Shown here in pieces: positions 35,654 through 44,510 of a stretch of DNA of 64,000 nt; position 1 is the first letter of the stretch, and each line of letters starts with the position of its first letter. The DNA lies in the IMG/VR virus record IMGVR_UViG_3300046664_000044, positions 6 to 64,005 of that record; one strand, 5' to 3'. Position numbers and translations under genes: made by a program. Under the pieces are notes generated by a model. That model was not told where the DNA came from, did no database searches, and saw only the letters and a program-made list of their open reading frames with translations. The DNA is from a virus (Duplodnaviria > Caudoviricetes).

Positions 35654-36275
35654 GCTCGATCCCTTCTATGCGCAGCTCACCGCGCTCTCCGTGCAGATCA
35701 GCGAGACGGAGCGCATGGCCGAGAGCCTGGGCCTGGGCAACAGCGTCGAGAAGCTGAAGGACGCACGCGCAATGGTCAACAGCATGGCGAACAAGGTCAT
35801 GACGAAGATCGAGGCCGAGCACGTGGCCGGGCTGATGAACCGCGACCAGATGCCGAGGCATAAGGAGTGCTCGATGTCGTGCGCCCAGGCCGTCGAGTAT
35901 GGCGTGTGGCCGCAGAATGAGTGCTACCCGAAATGCGTGTGGCTCGAAAAGCACCACGAGAGCGCCAAGCTGCACACGGGCGGCATCGTCCCGCCGTCGT
36001 CGCAGGTGCCTCGCGTGTTGAGCGGCGGTTGCAGCGGCGCATACGACCCGCGCCTGTCGCCGTCGCAGAACATGGCCGCGTTGCAGCAAGGCTCACTGCT
36101 CGACGAGCTGGCGGCCACCGGCTTGCAGGTATTCGTGATCGACGAGAACACGGACTTCAGCAAATTGCCGGTGCCGGGCGCTGGCGTAGAATCCCAAGAA
36201 TCCCAAGAATCCCCACAACCCGATCAACAACAAGAAGGAGCAAACGATGGAAATCCAAGTGCGCCGGAAGTATAA
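35646..36275 (+). CDS. Hypothetical protein (209 aa)
   Basis: ATGA-type overlap; contains LHTGGIV motif and ESQ repeats. Confidence 0.65.
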   Translation: MNKLDPFYAQLTALSVQISETERMAESLGLGNSVEKLKDARAMVNSMANKVMTKIEAEHVAGLMNRDQMPRHKECSMSCAQAVEYGVWPQNECYPKCVWLEKHHESAKLHTGGIVPPSSQVPRVLSGGCSGAYDPRLSPSQNMAALQQGSLLDELAATGLQVFVIDENTDFSKLPVPGAGVESQESQESPQPDQQQEGANDGNPSAPEV

Positions 36276-36486
36276 GCCGGACTTTATCAAGGCAGTGCAT
36301 GACGGCCTCGCCGCCGACAAGCGCGACACCAGCGCGGTCGCCGTCAGCACCACGGCCAAGCTGCTGTACACGAACACCGTGCTGCCGCAGAAGATCGGCG
36401 GCAAGATGCTGATCGCGGAGAACCCGCACCACCTGGGCGCGAACGTTGCGACCATCCACGAAACCATTGCGCGATTGGGACTCTAG
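36247..36486 (+). CDS. Hypothetical protein (79 aa)
   Basis: SD AAGGAG. Confidence 0.68.
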   Translation: MEIQVRRKYKPDFIKAVHDGLAADKRDTSAVAVSTTAKLLYTNTVLPQKIGGKMLIAENPHHLGANVATIHETIARLGL

Positions 36487-36488
36487 CC

Positions 36489-37004
36489 ATGCCACATCCT
36501 GACGAACAAGCCAAAGTCATCATGCCGACGCTGCAAGAGATCGCGGAGCGCAACGGCTTCACCTACCCGGTGCCGCGCTTCCTCGCACAGATGCCAGCAC
36601 AGAAGGACGTGCCACCCGCACCGAAGCCACGCGATCTGCCGCCGCCACCGAAGCCCGCAGAGCCGAGGGTGGTGCCGGTGCGCCTGGACGCGATGGCGAT
36701 GATGAACCACACGGCCAGCGTGGACGACTTGCTGCGCTCGGTGAGCCGCATGGACATCATCGAAGGCCGCGTGAACATCGCAGACACGGTTGCACAGATT
36801 GCCGCGATGACGGACGCCCAGGCCCAGGCCAAAGCGTTCGCCATGATGGAGGCGCTGTGCGACTTCAACCTTGCCGAGCAAATGACCGTGGTTGCCCGGC
36901 GCAAGAGCCGCGAGGGTCAGTTCACCATGAGCAAAGCGCTGACCACGCTCGCACGAGAAATCAACGAACAGGCCGAGGCCGCACTGAAGGAGGCACAGAA
37001 ATGA
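36489..37004 (+). CDS. Hypothetical Pro-rich protein (171 aa)
   Basis: In operon. Confidence 0.68.
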   Translation: MPHPDEQAKVIMPTLQEIAERNGFTYPVPRFLAQMPAQKDVPPAPKPRDLPPPPKPAEPRVVPVRLDAMAMMNHTASVDDLLRSVSRMDIIEGRVNIADTVAQIAAMTDAQAQAKAFAMMEALCDFNLAEQMTVVARRKSREGQFTMSKALTTLAREINEQAEAALKEAQK

Positions 37005-37531
37005 ATCAAGCTGTTAAATGGGAAGACGCGCTGAAGATCACCGAAACGAAGAACGTCGAGGATGCTCTGCACGCCTTCAAGGATAGCCCCAGCGAAGACA
37101 ACGCGGTCGGGCTGGCGCAGTACATCATCGAGACGTATTTGCAGCAGGAAGCCGACCGCACGACCCTGATGCTGCAAGACGAGCTGCGCGTCCAGCAGGC
37201 CGCCGATCTGCACGACGACCGCGCAGAGCCGATCCCGCTGGCGCAGGAGCGCAAGAAGCAGCCGTGGGCGAGCAGCTTCCAGTCCTTGCTCACGGATGGC
37301 CGCCGCTTCCGCATCCTGGCCTGCGGCTTGATGCTGGCCGCCCGGCGCGACGACAACCACAGCGAGGTGGACGAGATGATCGCCAAGATCGACAAGGCCG
37401 TCGATGAAATCATCGGTGACGATGACGTGCCTGACCTGACGCTGATCCGCCGCGTGGCCGACCAGCTCTATGCCCGTGGACTCTTGATGGAGGTCGAAGA
37501 TGAACCGCACGACGACAAAGCCGCTGGTTGA
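37001..37531 (+). CDS. Hypothetical protein (176 aa)
   Basis: SD AAGGAGG; ATGA overlap; start reassigned. Confidence 0.72.
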   Translation: MNQAVKWEDALKITETKNVEDALHAFKDSPSEDNAVGLAQYIIETYLQQEADRTTLMLQDELRVQQAADLHDDRAEPIPLAQERKKQPWASSFQSLLTDGRRFRILACGLMLAARRDDNHSEVDEMIAKIDKAVDEIIGDDDVPDLTLIRRVADQLYARGLLMEVEDEPHDDKAAG

Positions 37532-37994
37532 CTGCTACCGGGTCGTGCGCATCATTGGCTCGACCCGTATGCACGCGCTGTGGGAAAAGGAGGACAAGAC
37601 CATGTGCGGTCACGTCCAGGCGCTCGACGCCGAATCGGCCAAGGGCTACAGCGTGAGCTGCGGCGATTGCCAGAAGGCGTTGAAGAAGGAGCGCCAGCGT
37701 CGCAGCGCTGAAGGTGTGGTGCGCGGTGAAGAACGCCGCCTCGCTGCACACTTCCGCGCCGAGAGCGAACCGCAGCCGCTCGGCCAAGCCGAACGTCACG
37801 CGCTCACGCTGGCCCGCAATCTGTTGAAGGCGTCGGTGATGAACATGCCCATGTTCGGCAAGACCGTGAGCGCGTGCACGTTCTGCCTCGCCGTGAAGCA
37901 GGAAGAGAACGTGGTCGGCCAGTACGAGCACGAAAAGGACTGCCCGGTGATCCTGGCCGAGCAGGTGATCGAAAACTACGGAGATCGAGAATGA
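37500..37994 (+). CDS. Hypothetical protein with Cys/His zinc-finger-like motifs (164 aa)
   Basis: H..W....TMCG...SCGDC and CTFC...HEKDCP. Confidence 0.7.
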   Translation: MNRTTTKPLVDCYRVVRIIGSTRMHALWEKEDKTMCGHVQALDAESAKGYSVSCGDCQKALKKERQRRSAEGVVRGEERRLAAHFRAESEPQPLGQAERHALTLARNLLKASVMNMPMFGKTVSACTFCLAVKQEENVVGQYEHEKDCPVILAEQVIENYGDRE

Positions 37995-38335
37995 TCGCTC
38001 AACATCCAGGCGTCGCGCTGCCCTTTATGATCGTTCACGGCCTCGAAGAGTGGAACGAGATTCCGCCGATGACCGACCCGCTGGGTAAGCACTGGCGGCA
38101 ACCGGCAGACATTCGCCATGCCCCGATGGATGGCGAGCATGTGCTGCTCACGAAATCGCAGATCGACGCACTGCCGGAATATTCGAGCAGCTATCCGTCC
38201 GGCTGCTACGACGGCAAGTGCTGGAAGCGCGAAGGTGAAGACTTCTGGTGGCTGTGCTGGTACTACCCTAGCCCGAAGCCGAACACCATCAGCATCGGCT
38301 CACGCATCATTATCGAAAAGGAGAAGAACAAATGA
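37991..38335 (+). CDS. Hypothetical protein (114 aa)
   Basis: ATGA overlap; L.EYS.SYPSG.Y.GK.WKR motif. Confidence 0.68.
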   Translation: MIAQHPGVALPFMIVHGLEEWNEIPPMTDPLGKHWRQPADIRHAPMDGEHVLLTKSQIDALPEYSSSYPSGCYDGKCWKREGEDFWWLCWYYPSPKPNTISIGSRIIIEKEKNK

Positions 38336-38967
38336 TTGGATACCTGCTGTCCCGCCCACGCATCCGCGACTGGATCATCAACCGCGCTATGCGCACGCCC
38401 GACGACCCGATCTACGCGGGCGACAACAGCGGTCGTGTGTACATGGCGCGCTACTGGCTGTTCAACCCGCTGACCAAGAAGGATGACGGTGAATGGGTAC
38501 GCAAGTATCCACTGCTGCCGTTCTCGATCCGCGTCCACAATATCCTGCTGCCGGACGCCGACCGCCACCTGCACGACCACCCGTTCAACGCACGCACGTG
38601 GATCATGGTCGGCGGCTACGACGAGCTGCGCGCCGAGGAACGCGACTTCTTCTACGACAGCCAGAAGTACCACATGGATCAGATCGTGGACATCCGCGAC
38701 TACTACGACAACGACCAGTACGTCGGCGTGCAGTACGAGCGGCACGAAGGCGACACGACCACGCTGTCGTTCGAGCGCTATCACAAGATCACGCGCATCC
38801 ACCATCACGACAATCCGGTCGGCCCTGGTGCCTGGACGTTCTTCTGCTTCGGCGGCTACAAGGGCGCGTGGGGCTTCCTCGTCAACGAGGTTAAGATGCT
38901 GCACCGCGAGTACATCGAGAAGTTCAAGCGCACCGTGTCCAAAGCACCGAACATCGCGGAGAAGTAA
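38332..38967 (+). CDS. Cupin-fold protein
   Basis: RVH.ILLPD.DRHLHDHPF...GGYDE...YHKI...WTFF motif pair. Confidence 0.65.
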   Translation: MIGYLLSRPRIRDWIINRAMRTPDDPIYAGDNSGRVYMARYWLFNPLTKKDDGEWVRKYPLLPFSIRVHNILLPDADRHLHDHPFNARTWIMVGGYDELRAEERDFFYDSQKYHMDQIVDIRDYYDNDQYVGVQYERHEGDTTTLSFERYHKITRIHHHDNPVGPGAWTFFCFGGYKGAWGFLVNEVKMLHREYIEKFKRTVSKAPNIAEK

Positions 38968-38970
38968 CGT

Positions 38971-39303
38971 ATGCAGCGGAAGACTGACCGGGGTGCAGGC
39001 AAGGTCATGGCCGACATCATCGAGCTGATGAAGTCGCGCCGGTTCCGTGTGGTGGGCTGCACCCAAAAAGATATTGCCGACGAGCTGGGGTGCTCGGTCG
39101 GTACAGTGAGCCGCTACCTCAAGGTGATGCTGGCCGAGAGGAAGGTTCACTACCACGGCAGTGCGAAGTGGAAGAACGGCGTCGTCAGCGGCGCTACCTA
39201 TAAACACGGGCCTGATCCGAATCAACCGCCACCGCCGCCTGTGCGGCCACGGCGCGAGTACAAGGATATCCCCCTGGCCTTCTTTGGAGTGAAAACGAAA
39301 TGA
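38971..39303 (+). CDS. Winged-HTH DNA-binding protein
   Basis: TQKDIADELGCSVGTVSRYLKVM. Confidence 0.75.
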   Translation: MQRKTDRGAGKVMADIIELMKSRRFRVVGCTQKDIADELGCSVGTVSRYLKVMLAERKVHYHGSAKWKNGVVSGATYKHGPDPNQPPPPPVRPRREYKDIPLAFFGVKTK

Positions 39304-39593
39304 GTGAATTCACAGCATGGCTCCCCGGCACTGGCGATCTGCCAGCACACGCCGGGCCTTATCAGTGCCGCATCGCTTGGCCCTACGGGAAGACGGAGAA
39401 CGAGCCGCCGTCGCACTTCCGCTGGTTCGACAAGGCGCTGGGCTGGTCGCATCCGTTGGAGTACGACCCGGACTTGGACGACGAGATCAAGCGCCCGCCC
39501 GCCGACCAGTTCTTCGGCGGCATGGGGGAAGAGGCGCTGTTCCGCGAGCGTTTCGACTGGCGCGGCTACACCACGGATCAGGAAGAGCTGTAA
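39300..39593 (+). CDS. Hypothetical protein (97 aa); ends DQEEL
   Basis: ATGA overlap. Confidence 0.7.
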   Translation: MSEFTAWLPGTGDLPAHAGPYQCRIAWPYGKTENEPPSHFRWFDKALGWSHPLEYDPDLDDEIKRPPADQFFGGMGEEALFRERFDWRGYTTDQEEL

Positions 39594-39603
39594 TGTAAAT
39601 GTG

Positions 39604-39632
39604 TTGACAGGGAAAAACCCTGTAGCTATACT
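39604..39632 (+). promoter_or_regulatory. Near-consensus sigma70 promoter containing the operator (39607..39623)
   Basis: TTGACA-GGGAAAAACCCTGTAGC-TATACT. Confidence 0.9.
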
Positions 39633-39663
39633 GACATAACTCAACTAAGTAAGGAAGGAAATC

Positions 39664-40134
39664 ATGGCAAAAGAGAAAAGCATCAACGGGTTGGCGAACA
39701 TCGGCCTGCTGGTGGCCGGTGCCGCGCTCCGCGCTGCTCCACCGAAGCCGAAGGAGGCCGACGTGAAGGCGGCCATCATCAAGAAGACGGTCGGCGCGAT
39801 GCCCAATCACCTCGACCCGACCAGCCCGCGCACGGTGGACGCTGTGCAGCGGATCGTGACCGCCGCAGTGCGTGAAGCGTTCAACGCCGGTCACGCGAAC
39901 GCCCTGGATCAGAACCACATGGTCGAAGAGCTGCTGAAGCAGCAGTACAAGACCCGCACGGAGCTGACGCTGCCGGTGGCCGCCATGGCGATCATGGAGC
40001 AGTCGGGCATGTCGTCCCTGCTGCTCGATCTGGACGCCGTGGCGACCGTCAACGACCGCTGCCGCGTGGAGATGATCCCCGATGGTAACTACATGCGCTT
40101 CGATCTGCGCGTGAAAGGAGACGACCGTGGTTAA
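39664..40134 (+). CDS. Hypothetical protein (156 aa)
   Basis: First gene after the promoter; SD AAGGAAGG. Confidence 0.75.
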   Translation: MAKEKSINGLANIGLLVAGAALRAAPPKPKEADVKAAIIKKTVGAMPNHLDPTSPRTVDAVQRIVTAAVREAFNAGHANALDQNHMVEELLKQQYKTRTELTLPVAAMAIMEQSGMSSLLLDLDAVATVNDRCRVEMIPDGNYMRFDLRVKGDDRG

Positions 40135-40198
40135 GTGCTCGAAGAAGTGCGAACACTGCCGCAAGATGGGGAACTGCCCGAAGGAGAAGCGGCCATGA
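40127..40198 (+). CDS. Putative 23-aa Cys4 microprotein MVKCSKKCEHCRKMGNCPKEKRP
   Basis: GTG with SD AAAGGAG; overlaps the upstream stop and makes an ATGA junction with the next gene. Confidence 0.5.
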   Translation: MVKCSKKCEHCRKMGNCPKEKRP

Positions 40199-40374
40199 CC
40201 GGCGCGATCCTGGGCTACATCATCGAGCCGAAGAACGGCGGGGCGATCTATCTGACGTTCAAGAAAGAGGTGGCCGAGAAGCGCACCCGCGCTGGCGACA
40301 TCGTGACCCCGTACACGAGCCGCAACCCGGACATCCATCATCCACCGCAGGCCAGCGAAGAAGAGGAACTGTAA
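40195..40374 (+). CDS. Hypothetical protein (59 aa); ends EEEEL
   Basis: SD AAGGAG; start reassigned. Confidence 0.68.
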   Translation: MTGAILGYIIEPKNGGAIYLTFKKEVAEKRTRAGDIVTPYTSRNPDIHHPPQASEEEEL

Positions 40375-41345
40375 TGGCTAAGTTGAAGGGAATCAAAGCA
40401 GCAATGCCGTTTGCCATTGGCGCGGCGCTGCATACGTGGTGCGGGAAGGCCGTGAAGAACCCGGAGAAGGTATCCGAGTTGATCGCGGGCTTCAAGCACA
40501 TCGAGCCGGGCGCGGACGCCTGGATCAGCTACGGGCTTGTCGAGCCGTTCGAGGAAGGCAGCTTCGTGCACAGCCTGGACGGCCTCGCCCACCTGATGTT
40601 CATGAAGTTCAGCGAGAAGATTCTGCCGGGCGCTGTGCGTGACAAGGAGCTGGCGAAGCGCCTGAAGGAGCTGTTCGACAAGACCGGGCGTGCGCCGACC
40701 AAGGTGGAGTACGCACAGACCCGCGACGAAGCGGAAGCCTACCTGCTGCCGAAAGCCTTTGTGCGCGACACGATCATTCCGATCCTCGTGTACAAGGACA
40801 AGATCATCTTCTGCACCACCAGCGCGAAGAAGATGGAGCAGGCGAACTCGGTCTTGACCCAGCTCGCCCAGGCCCGCAAGGTCGAATACGATCCGCACTA
40901 CATGGACGGCGAGCACATCAACTTCCACATGACCGAGCTGGCGAAGTCGGGCGTGATCCACTTCGACGACGAAGACAGCGCCTACCGCTTCGACGCTGGC
41001 AAGTCCGGCGTGTTCAGGCGCGACGGCGAGCAGAAGGCCGTGGCCCGTATCAAGGATCGTGACCTGTCGCACGCGGAAGTGCAGAAGCTCTTCGACAGCG
41101 GCTACGAGGCCACGGAGATCGGCATGTCGATGTACGACCAGACCGAAGGCAAGGACAGCGCGCAGTTCACGCTGACCGAGAAGTGGGTCATCAAGGGCAT
41201 CAAGCTGGCCGACAAGGACGAGCTGCGCACGCACGCCGACGCCCACGCGACCTACTGGCTCTACGCCCGCTACATCGGCATGATCGTCGATCTGCTCCAA
41301 GAAGCCCTGGCTGAAGCCAAGCCGGACGGCGACGACGAGCTGTAA
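40374..41345 (+). CDS. rdgC: Recombination-associated protein RdgC; ends GDDEL
   Basis: G.V.P.....VH, EKILP, ..RDE....LLPKAF, ..SAKK.E motifs; 323 aa. Confidence 0.85.
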   Translation: MAKLKGIKAAMPFAIGAALHTWCGKAVKNPEKVSELIAGFKHIEPGADAWISYGLVEPFEEGSFVHSLDGLAHLMFMKFSEKILPGAVRDKELAKRLKELFDKTGRAPTKVEYAQTRDEAEAYLLPKAFVRDTIIPILVYKDKIIFCTTSAKKMEQANSVLTQLAQARKVEYDPHYMDGEHINFHMTELAKSGVIHFDDEDSAYRFDAGKSGVFRRDGEQKAVARIKDRDLSHAEVQKLFDSGYEATEIGMSMYDQTEGKDSAQFTLTEKWVIKGIKLADKDELRTHADAHATYWLYARYIGMIVDLLQEALAEAKPDGDDEL

Positions 41346-41355
41346 GGAGACGGCC

Positions 41356-41586
41356 ATGCCACGCACTTCTGAAGCGACCCAAAAACTCGTCGCCAAAATC
41401 CGCGCCATGCGCATCGGTGCCTCGTTCTTCGTTGAAGGGGTGAGCCGGGATGATGTCGAGTTTCTGCGACGCCCGCTGAAGAAGCTGGGCGTGGGCGTCA
41501 AGTTTGTAGAAACCGAGTACGACGAAATCTATCTGTGCCACGGAGTCCGCATCTTCCGTGAAGAAGGGCCGTATGACGAACTCTGA
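41356..41586 (+). CDS. Hypothetical small DNA-binding-like protein (76 aa); ends PYDEL
   Basis: M.IG.SFFV ... GVRIFR pattern; SD AAGGAG. Confidence 0.68.
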   Translation: MPRTSEATQKLVAKIRAMRIGASFFVEGVSRDDVEFLRRPLKKLGVGVKFVETEYDEIYLCHGVRIFREEGPYDEL

Positions 41587-41797
41587 AGACGACGAAGAAA
41601 CTGAAGTCGAGCGCCTGCGCCGCCTTCTCAAGATCGCGCTGAACCACGCCGACAGCTACAAGGCCCACTTCCACCACCTGCAAGAAAGCATGTGGGCCGC
41701 AGAGCGAAAGGCGATCCAGCGCGGCAACCTGATCAAGAAGCAGCGCGCCAAGATCGGGGAGCTAGAGAAGCGCCTGGGCATCGACGACGAGTTGTAA
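41573..41797 (+). CDS. Coiled-coil protein (74 aa); ends IDDEL
   Basis: Overlaps the upstream gene end. Confidence 0.65.
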   Translation: MTNSEDDEETEVERLRRLLKIALNHADSYKAHFHHLQESMWAAERKAIQRGNLIKKQRAKIGELEKRLGIDDEL

Positions 41798-41802
41798 ATC
41801 AT

Positions 41803-41825
41803 TTGACACTGTTTTACCCTGTAAC
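41803..41825 (+). promoter_or_regulatory. Possible promoter with operator half-site CCCTGT
   Basis: TTGACA followed by CTGTTTTACCCTGTAAC; -10 element unclear. Confidence 0.35.
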
Positions 41826-41849
41826 GCCATTTACCTAAAGGAGATACAC

Positions 41850-42398
41850 ATGGCTACCACCCGCAAAACCGCAGCAAAGCAAACCCTGGCAACCGCAATC
41901 AGCACCGTGGCCGCCGCTGGCACGAAGCGCATGATCGACAAGCCAGTGACCCGCAAGCCCGCAGCGAAGGCCATCAAGACCGCAGCCAAGCCTGCTGTGA
42001 AGGTCGGCCAGCTCGCCAAGGATATCGCCAAGGAGCGCAACGAAGGTGCGGTGAAGAAGACCACGCCGCGCAAGGTGCAGGCCGAGCTGGACAAGGATCG
42101 TGCAGGCGGCGCATCGTACAAGAAGGCCGCAGCGCCGAAGGTGGACAAGCGCCGCGAGACGCCGCAGCTCAAGATCGGCAAGATTATCATCGAGCGCCCG
42201 GCCCGCAAGAAGTCCGACGCCTTCGACAGCACCCCGACCATCAGCGTGAAGAACGGCGCTGACACGATTAAGGTGTTCTCCAAGCTGCCGAAGGGCTTCT
42301 CCTGGCTGACCGACCTGGGCAGCTCGACCCGCGACACGCTGATGGTCTTCAACAAGCACGGCGTCCACATCGCGGACGTGCGCATCGAGCGTAAGTAA
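41850..42398 (+). CDS. Lys/Ala-rich histone-H1-like protein (182 aa)
   Basis: Repeated KPAAK/KTAAK/KKAAAPK in the N-terminal ~110 aa; SD AAGGAG. Confidence 0.65.
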   Translation: MATTRKTAAKQTLATAISTVAAAGTKRMIDKPVTRKPAAKAIKTAAKPAVKVGQLAKDIAKERNEGAVKKTTPRKVQAELDKDRAGGASYKKAAAPKVDKRRETPQLKIGKIIIERPARKKSDAFDSTPTISVKNGADTIKVFSKLPKGFSWLTDLGSSTRDTLMVFNKHGVHIADVRIERK

Positions 42399-42400
42399 TC

Positions 42401-42904
42401 ATGGCTCGGCACCTGCTTTTCCACCCGGAGAGCGACTGTCTGTTCGAGGTGTTCTGCGACGAAGAAGCGGATCAGGCCGAGCTGTTCGGGCAGTGCGATG
42501 TCGTTACCGGCGTCGCACGGTTCGAGCAACAATTCAAAAAGGAACAGAGCATGGCAAAGGAAGTCACCATCAAGAAGACCTTCACCCGCGACGAGCTGGT
42601 GGGCGTCATCCCGCGCACGGGCAAGCAGGCCGAGTACAGCCCGATCAACAGCGGCAACTACCTCACCGCCCGGCTGCTGGAAGCGGGCATTCCGGTGATC
42701 GGCTCCTTCGGCGTCCTGGGCGTCGAATGGGGCGTGCTCACCATCACCCACGACGACGGCCTGGATGGCGACGAATGGGAGTTCGCCTGGACGGGCGAGA
42801 AGATGCCGGAAGGCTGGCCGAAGCGCGGCACCGCGAACACGCTGGAAAAGCTGTCGATGGCGAAGCCGCTTAAACAACTCATCGCAGAAGAGGACGAACT
42901 GTGA
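42401..42904 (+). CDS. Hypothetical protein (167 aa); ends EEDEL
   Basis: LLFHPESDCLFEV N-terminal motif; YL..RL..AGIPV.G. Confidence 0.72.
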   Translation: MARHLLFHPESDCLFEVFCDEEADQAELFGQCDVVTGVARFEQQFKKEQSMAKEVTIKKTFTRDELVGVIPRTGKQAEYSPINSGNYLTARLLEAGIPVIGSFGVLGVEWGVLTITHDDGLDGDEWEFAWTGEKMPEGWPKRGTANTLEKLSMAKPLKQLIAEEDEL

Positions 42905-44097
42905 AGACCCTCCACAATCACTACACGCTGGCGACGAAAAAGCCGGGCGGCCCGATCATGATCAACATGGGCGCGGTCGAACTGATCGAGCCTGCACGCC
43001 ACGACGGCTTCACTCGCCTCGGCATCAAGGCGAAAGGCACCACGACCGGCGAATGGCTGATAGTGGATGTCGGCCACAACGATGCCCACTGCTTCATCGA
43101 ATACTTCAACAAACATTTCAAGGACAAGACCATGAACAAACTCTCCGACTTCATCGACTTCACCGCAGTGAGCGGCGCTGAAGTGAAGCTGTACGCCCAG
43201 GACATCATGCGCGCCGACATGCTGGCCGACCACGGCGAAGACGCGATGGACGAAGTGAAGCTCGTCGTCACGATGCAGAACGGTCGCACCCGTAGCTGGA
43301 TGCTCGGTGCCACGGTCGGCCAGCTCGTGCAGGACTGGCTGAACTCGCACAGCGAGGTGCTGGCCGCCGCACACGCCGCAGGCATCAGCACGTGGCTGTT
43401 CAAGGCACCCAGCGTCGATGCGGAAGTGAAGGCCGAGCGCGACCTGGGAGCCGAGGCCGGGCCGAAGCGCGCCGAGACGCCGGGCGACCTGTCGGAGAAC
43501 ATGCAGCAAGTGTACGGCACCGTGGAAGCGCGCCTGGGCGAGCTGTACCACATGGCCTACGGCGACCGCCTGTTCAACAGCCACGACTTCCGCAACGACT
43601 TCGTGAAGGCGCTGGTGCTGTCCATCGGCACCGTGGCCCGCGCTATCGCAATGGAGGAATGCTGCCGCCTGGAGTCGATGCTGACCGGCGACGACTCGAC
43701 CCCCGACGAAGACGCGGAAGCGGCCAAGTTCTTCGCGTCCAAGCTGGGCGTGCCGGTCGATGAAGTGCACGTCGTCCGCATCGACGCTGGCGAAGCGCCG
43801 GAAGGCATGATCGACGCGCTGCGCAAGATGATGAAGCGTGGCGCGACGCCGGACGGCCAGAAACTCACCGCGCATCACGTGCTGGGCAAGCAGGCGTTCG
43901 AGTGCCTGGGCGATCTGCTGTCGCACCGCGACGACTTCCTGCGCGCCATCCGCACGATGAAGGCCATCGCGGCGGCCAACGGCGAGCCGGGCGACGCGGA
44001 CTACTGGAACCATCAAGAGAAGGTGCTGATGCGCATGTGCGGCCAAGCCAAGTTCGCAGCCGACGCCCACAACGAAGCCGTGAAGGTGACATCGTGA
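42901..44097 (+). CDS. Hypothetical mosaic protein (398 aa)
   Basis: GTGA overlap; host-like codon usage. Confidence 0.72.
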   Translation: MKTLHNHYTLATKKPGGPIMINMGAVELIEPARHDGFTRLGIKAKGTTTGEWLIVDVGHNDAHCFIEYFNKHFKDKTMNKLSDFIDFTAVSGAEVKLYAQDIMRADMLADHGEDAMDEVKLVVTMQNGRTRSWMLGATVGQLVQDWLNSHSEVLAAAHAAGISTWLFKAPSVDAEVKAERDLGAEAGPKRAETPGDLSENMQQVYGTVEARLGELYHMAYGDRLFNSHDFRNDFVKALVLSIGTVARAIAMEECCRLESMLTGDDSTPDEDAEAAKFFASKLGVPVDEVHVVRIDAGEAPEGMIDALRKMMKRGATPDGQKLTAHHVLGKQAFECLGDLLSHRDDFLRAIRTMKAIAAANGEPGDADYWNHQEKVLMRMCGQAKFAADAHNEAVKVTS

Positions 44098-44510
44098 GCC
44101 GCATCGGTGATCGCTCGCACGCCGAGCGCTTAACCCGCGAAGCCGCCCAGGCCATCGGCATCAACGTGCCGGACGGTGCGCGCTGGGACACGCTTCTGGG
44201 CGGCCTTCAACTCGCGCCGACCACGCCGTATGCGAAGAACACGTTCGCGCCGCTGAACGACTTTGCGGACGCCTATCATGTCGAGACTGCGTTGCAGCTC
44301 TCGGTGCAGTACATGGCGAACGGCGGCGGCACGATCTTGCAGATGTCGCACAAGGACAAGACCGGCGCGATGTTCGAGGTGCTGCGGGATAACGACCCGG
44401 ACTACAACGCCCGCAAGCGCATGGAGCTGGCCGTCATCATGGCGAGCCTGCACCTGATGATCAACGGCGCGCAGAAGCGACGGGAGAGCGATCATGGACT
44501 GGCCGGATGA
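44094..44510 (+). CDS. Hypothetical protein (138 aa)
   Basis: GTGA overlap; start reassigned. Confidence 0.65.
   Translation: MSRIGDRSHAERLTREAAQAIGINVPDGARWDTLLGGLQLAPTTPYAKNTFAPLNDFADAYHVETALQLSVQYMANGGGTILQMSHKDKTGAMFEVLRDNDPDYNARKRMELAVIMASLHLMINGAQKRRESDHGLAG

Noticed and set aside
36188-36215. GAATCCCAA x3 microsatellite (ESQ repeats), and GKQQ repeats at ~8560-8600
   Set aside because: In-frame low-complexity linkers with no sign of phase variation (9-bp and 12-15-bp units keep the frame).
16691-39623. CRISPR array from the repeated palindromes
   Set aside because: Copies are dispersed over 23 kb inside promoters, not regularly spaced with spacers, and there is no cas operon.
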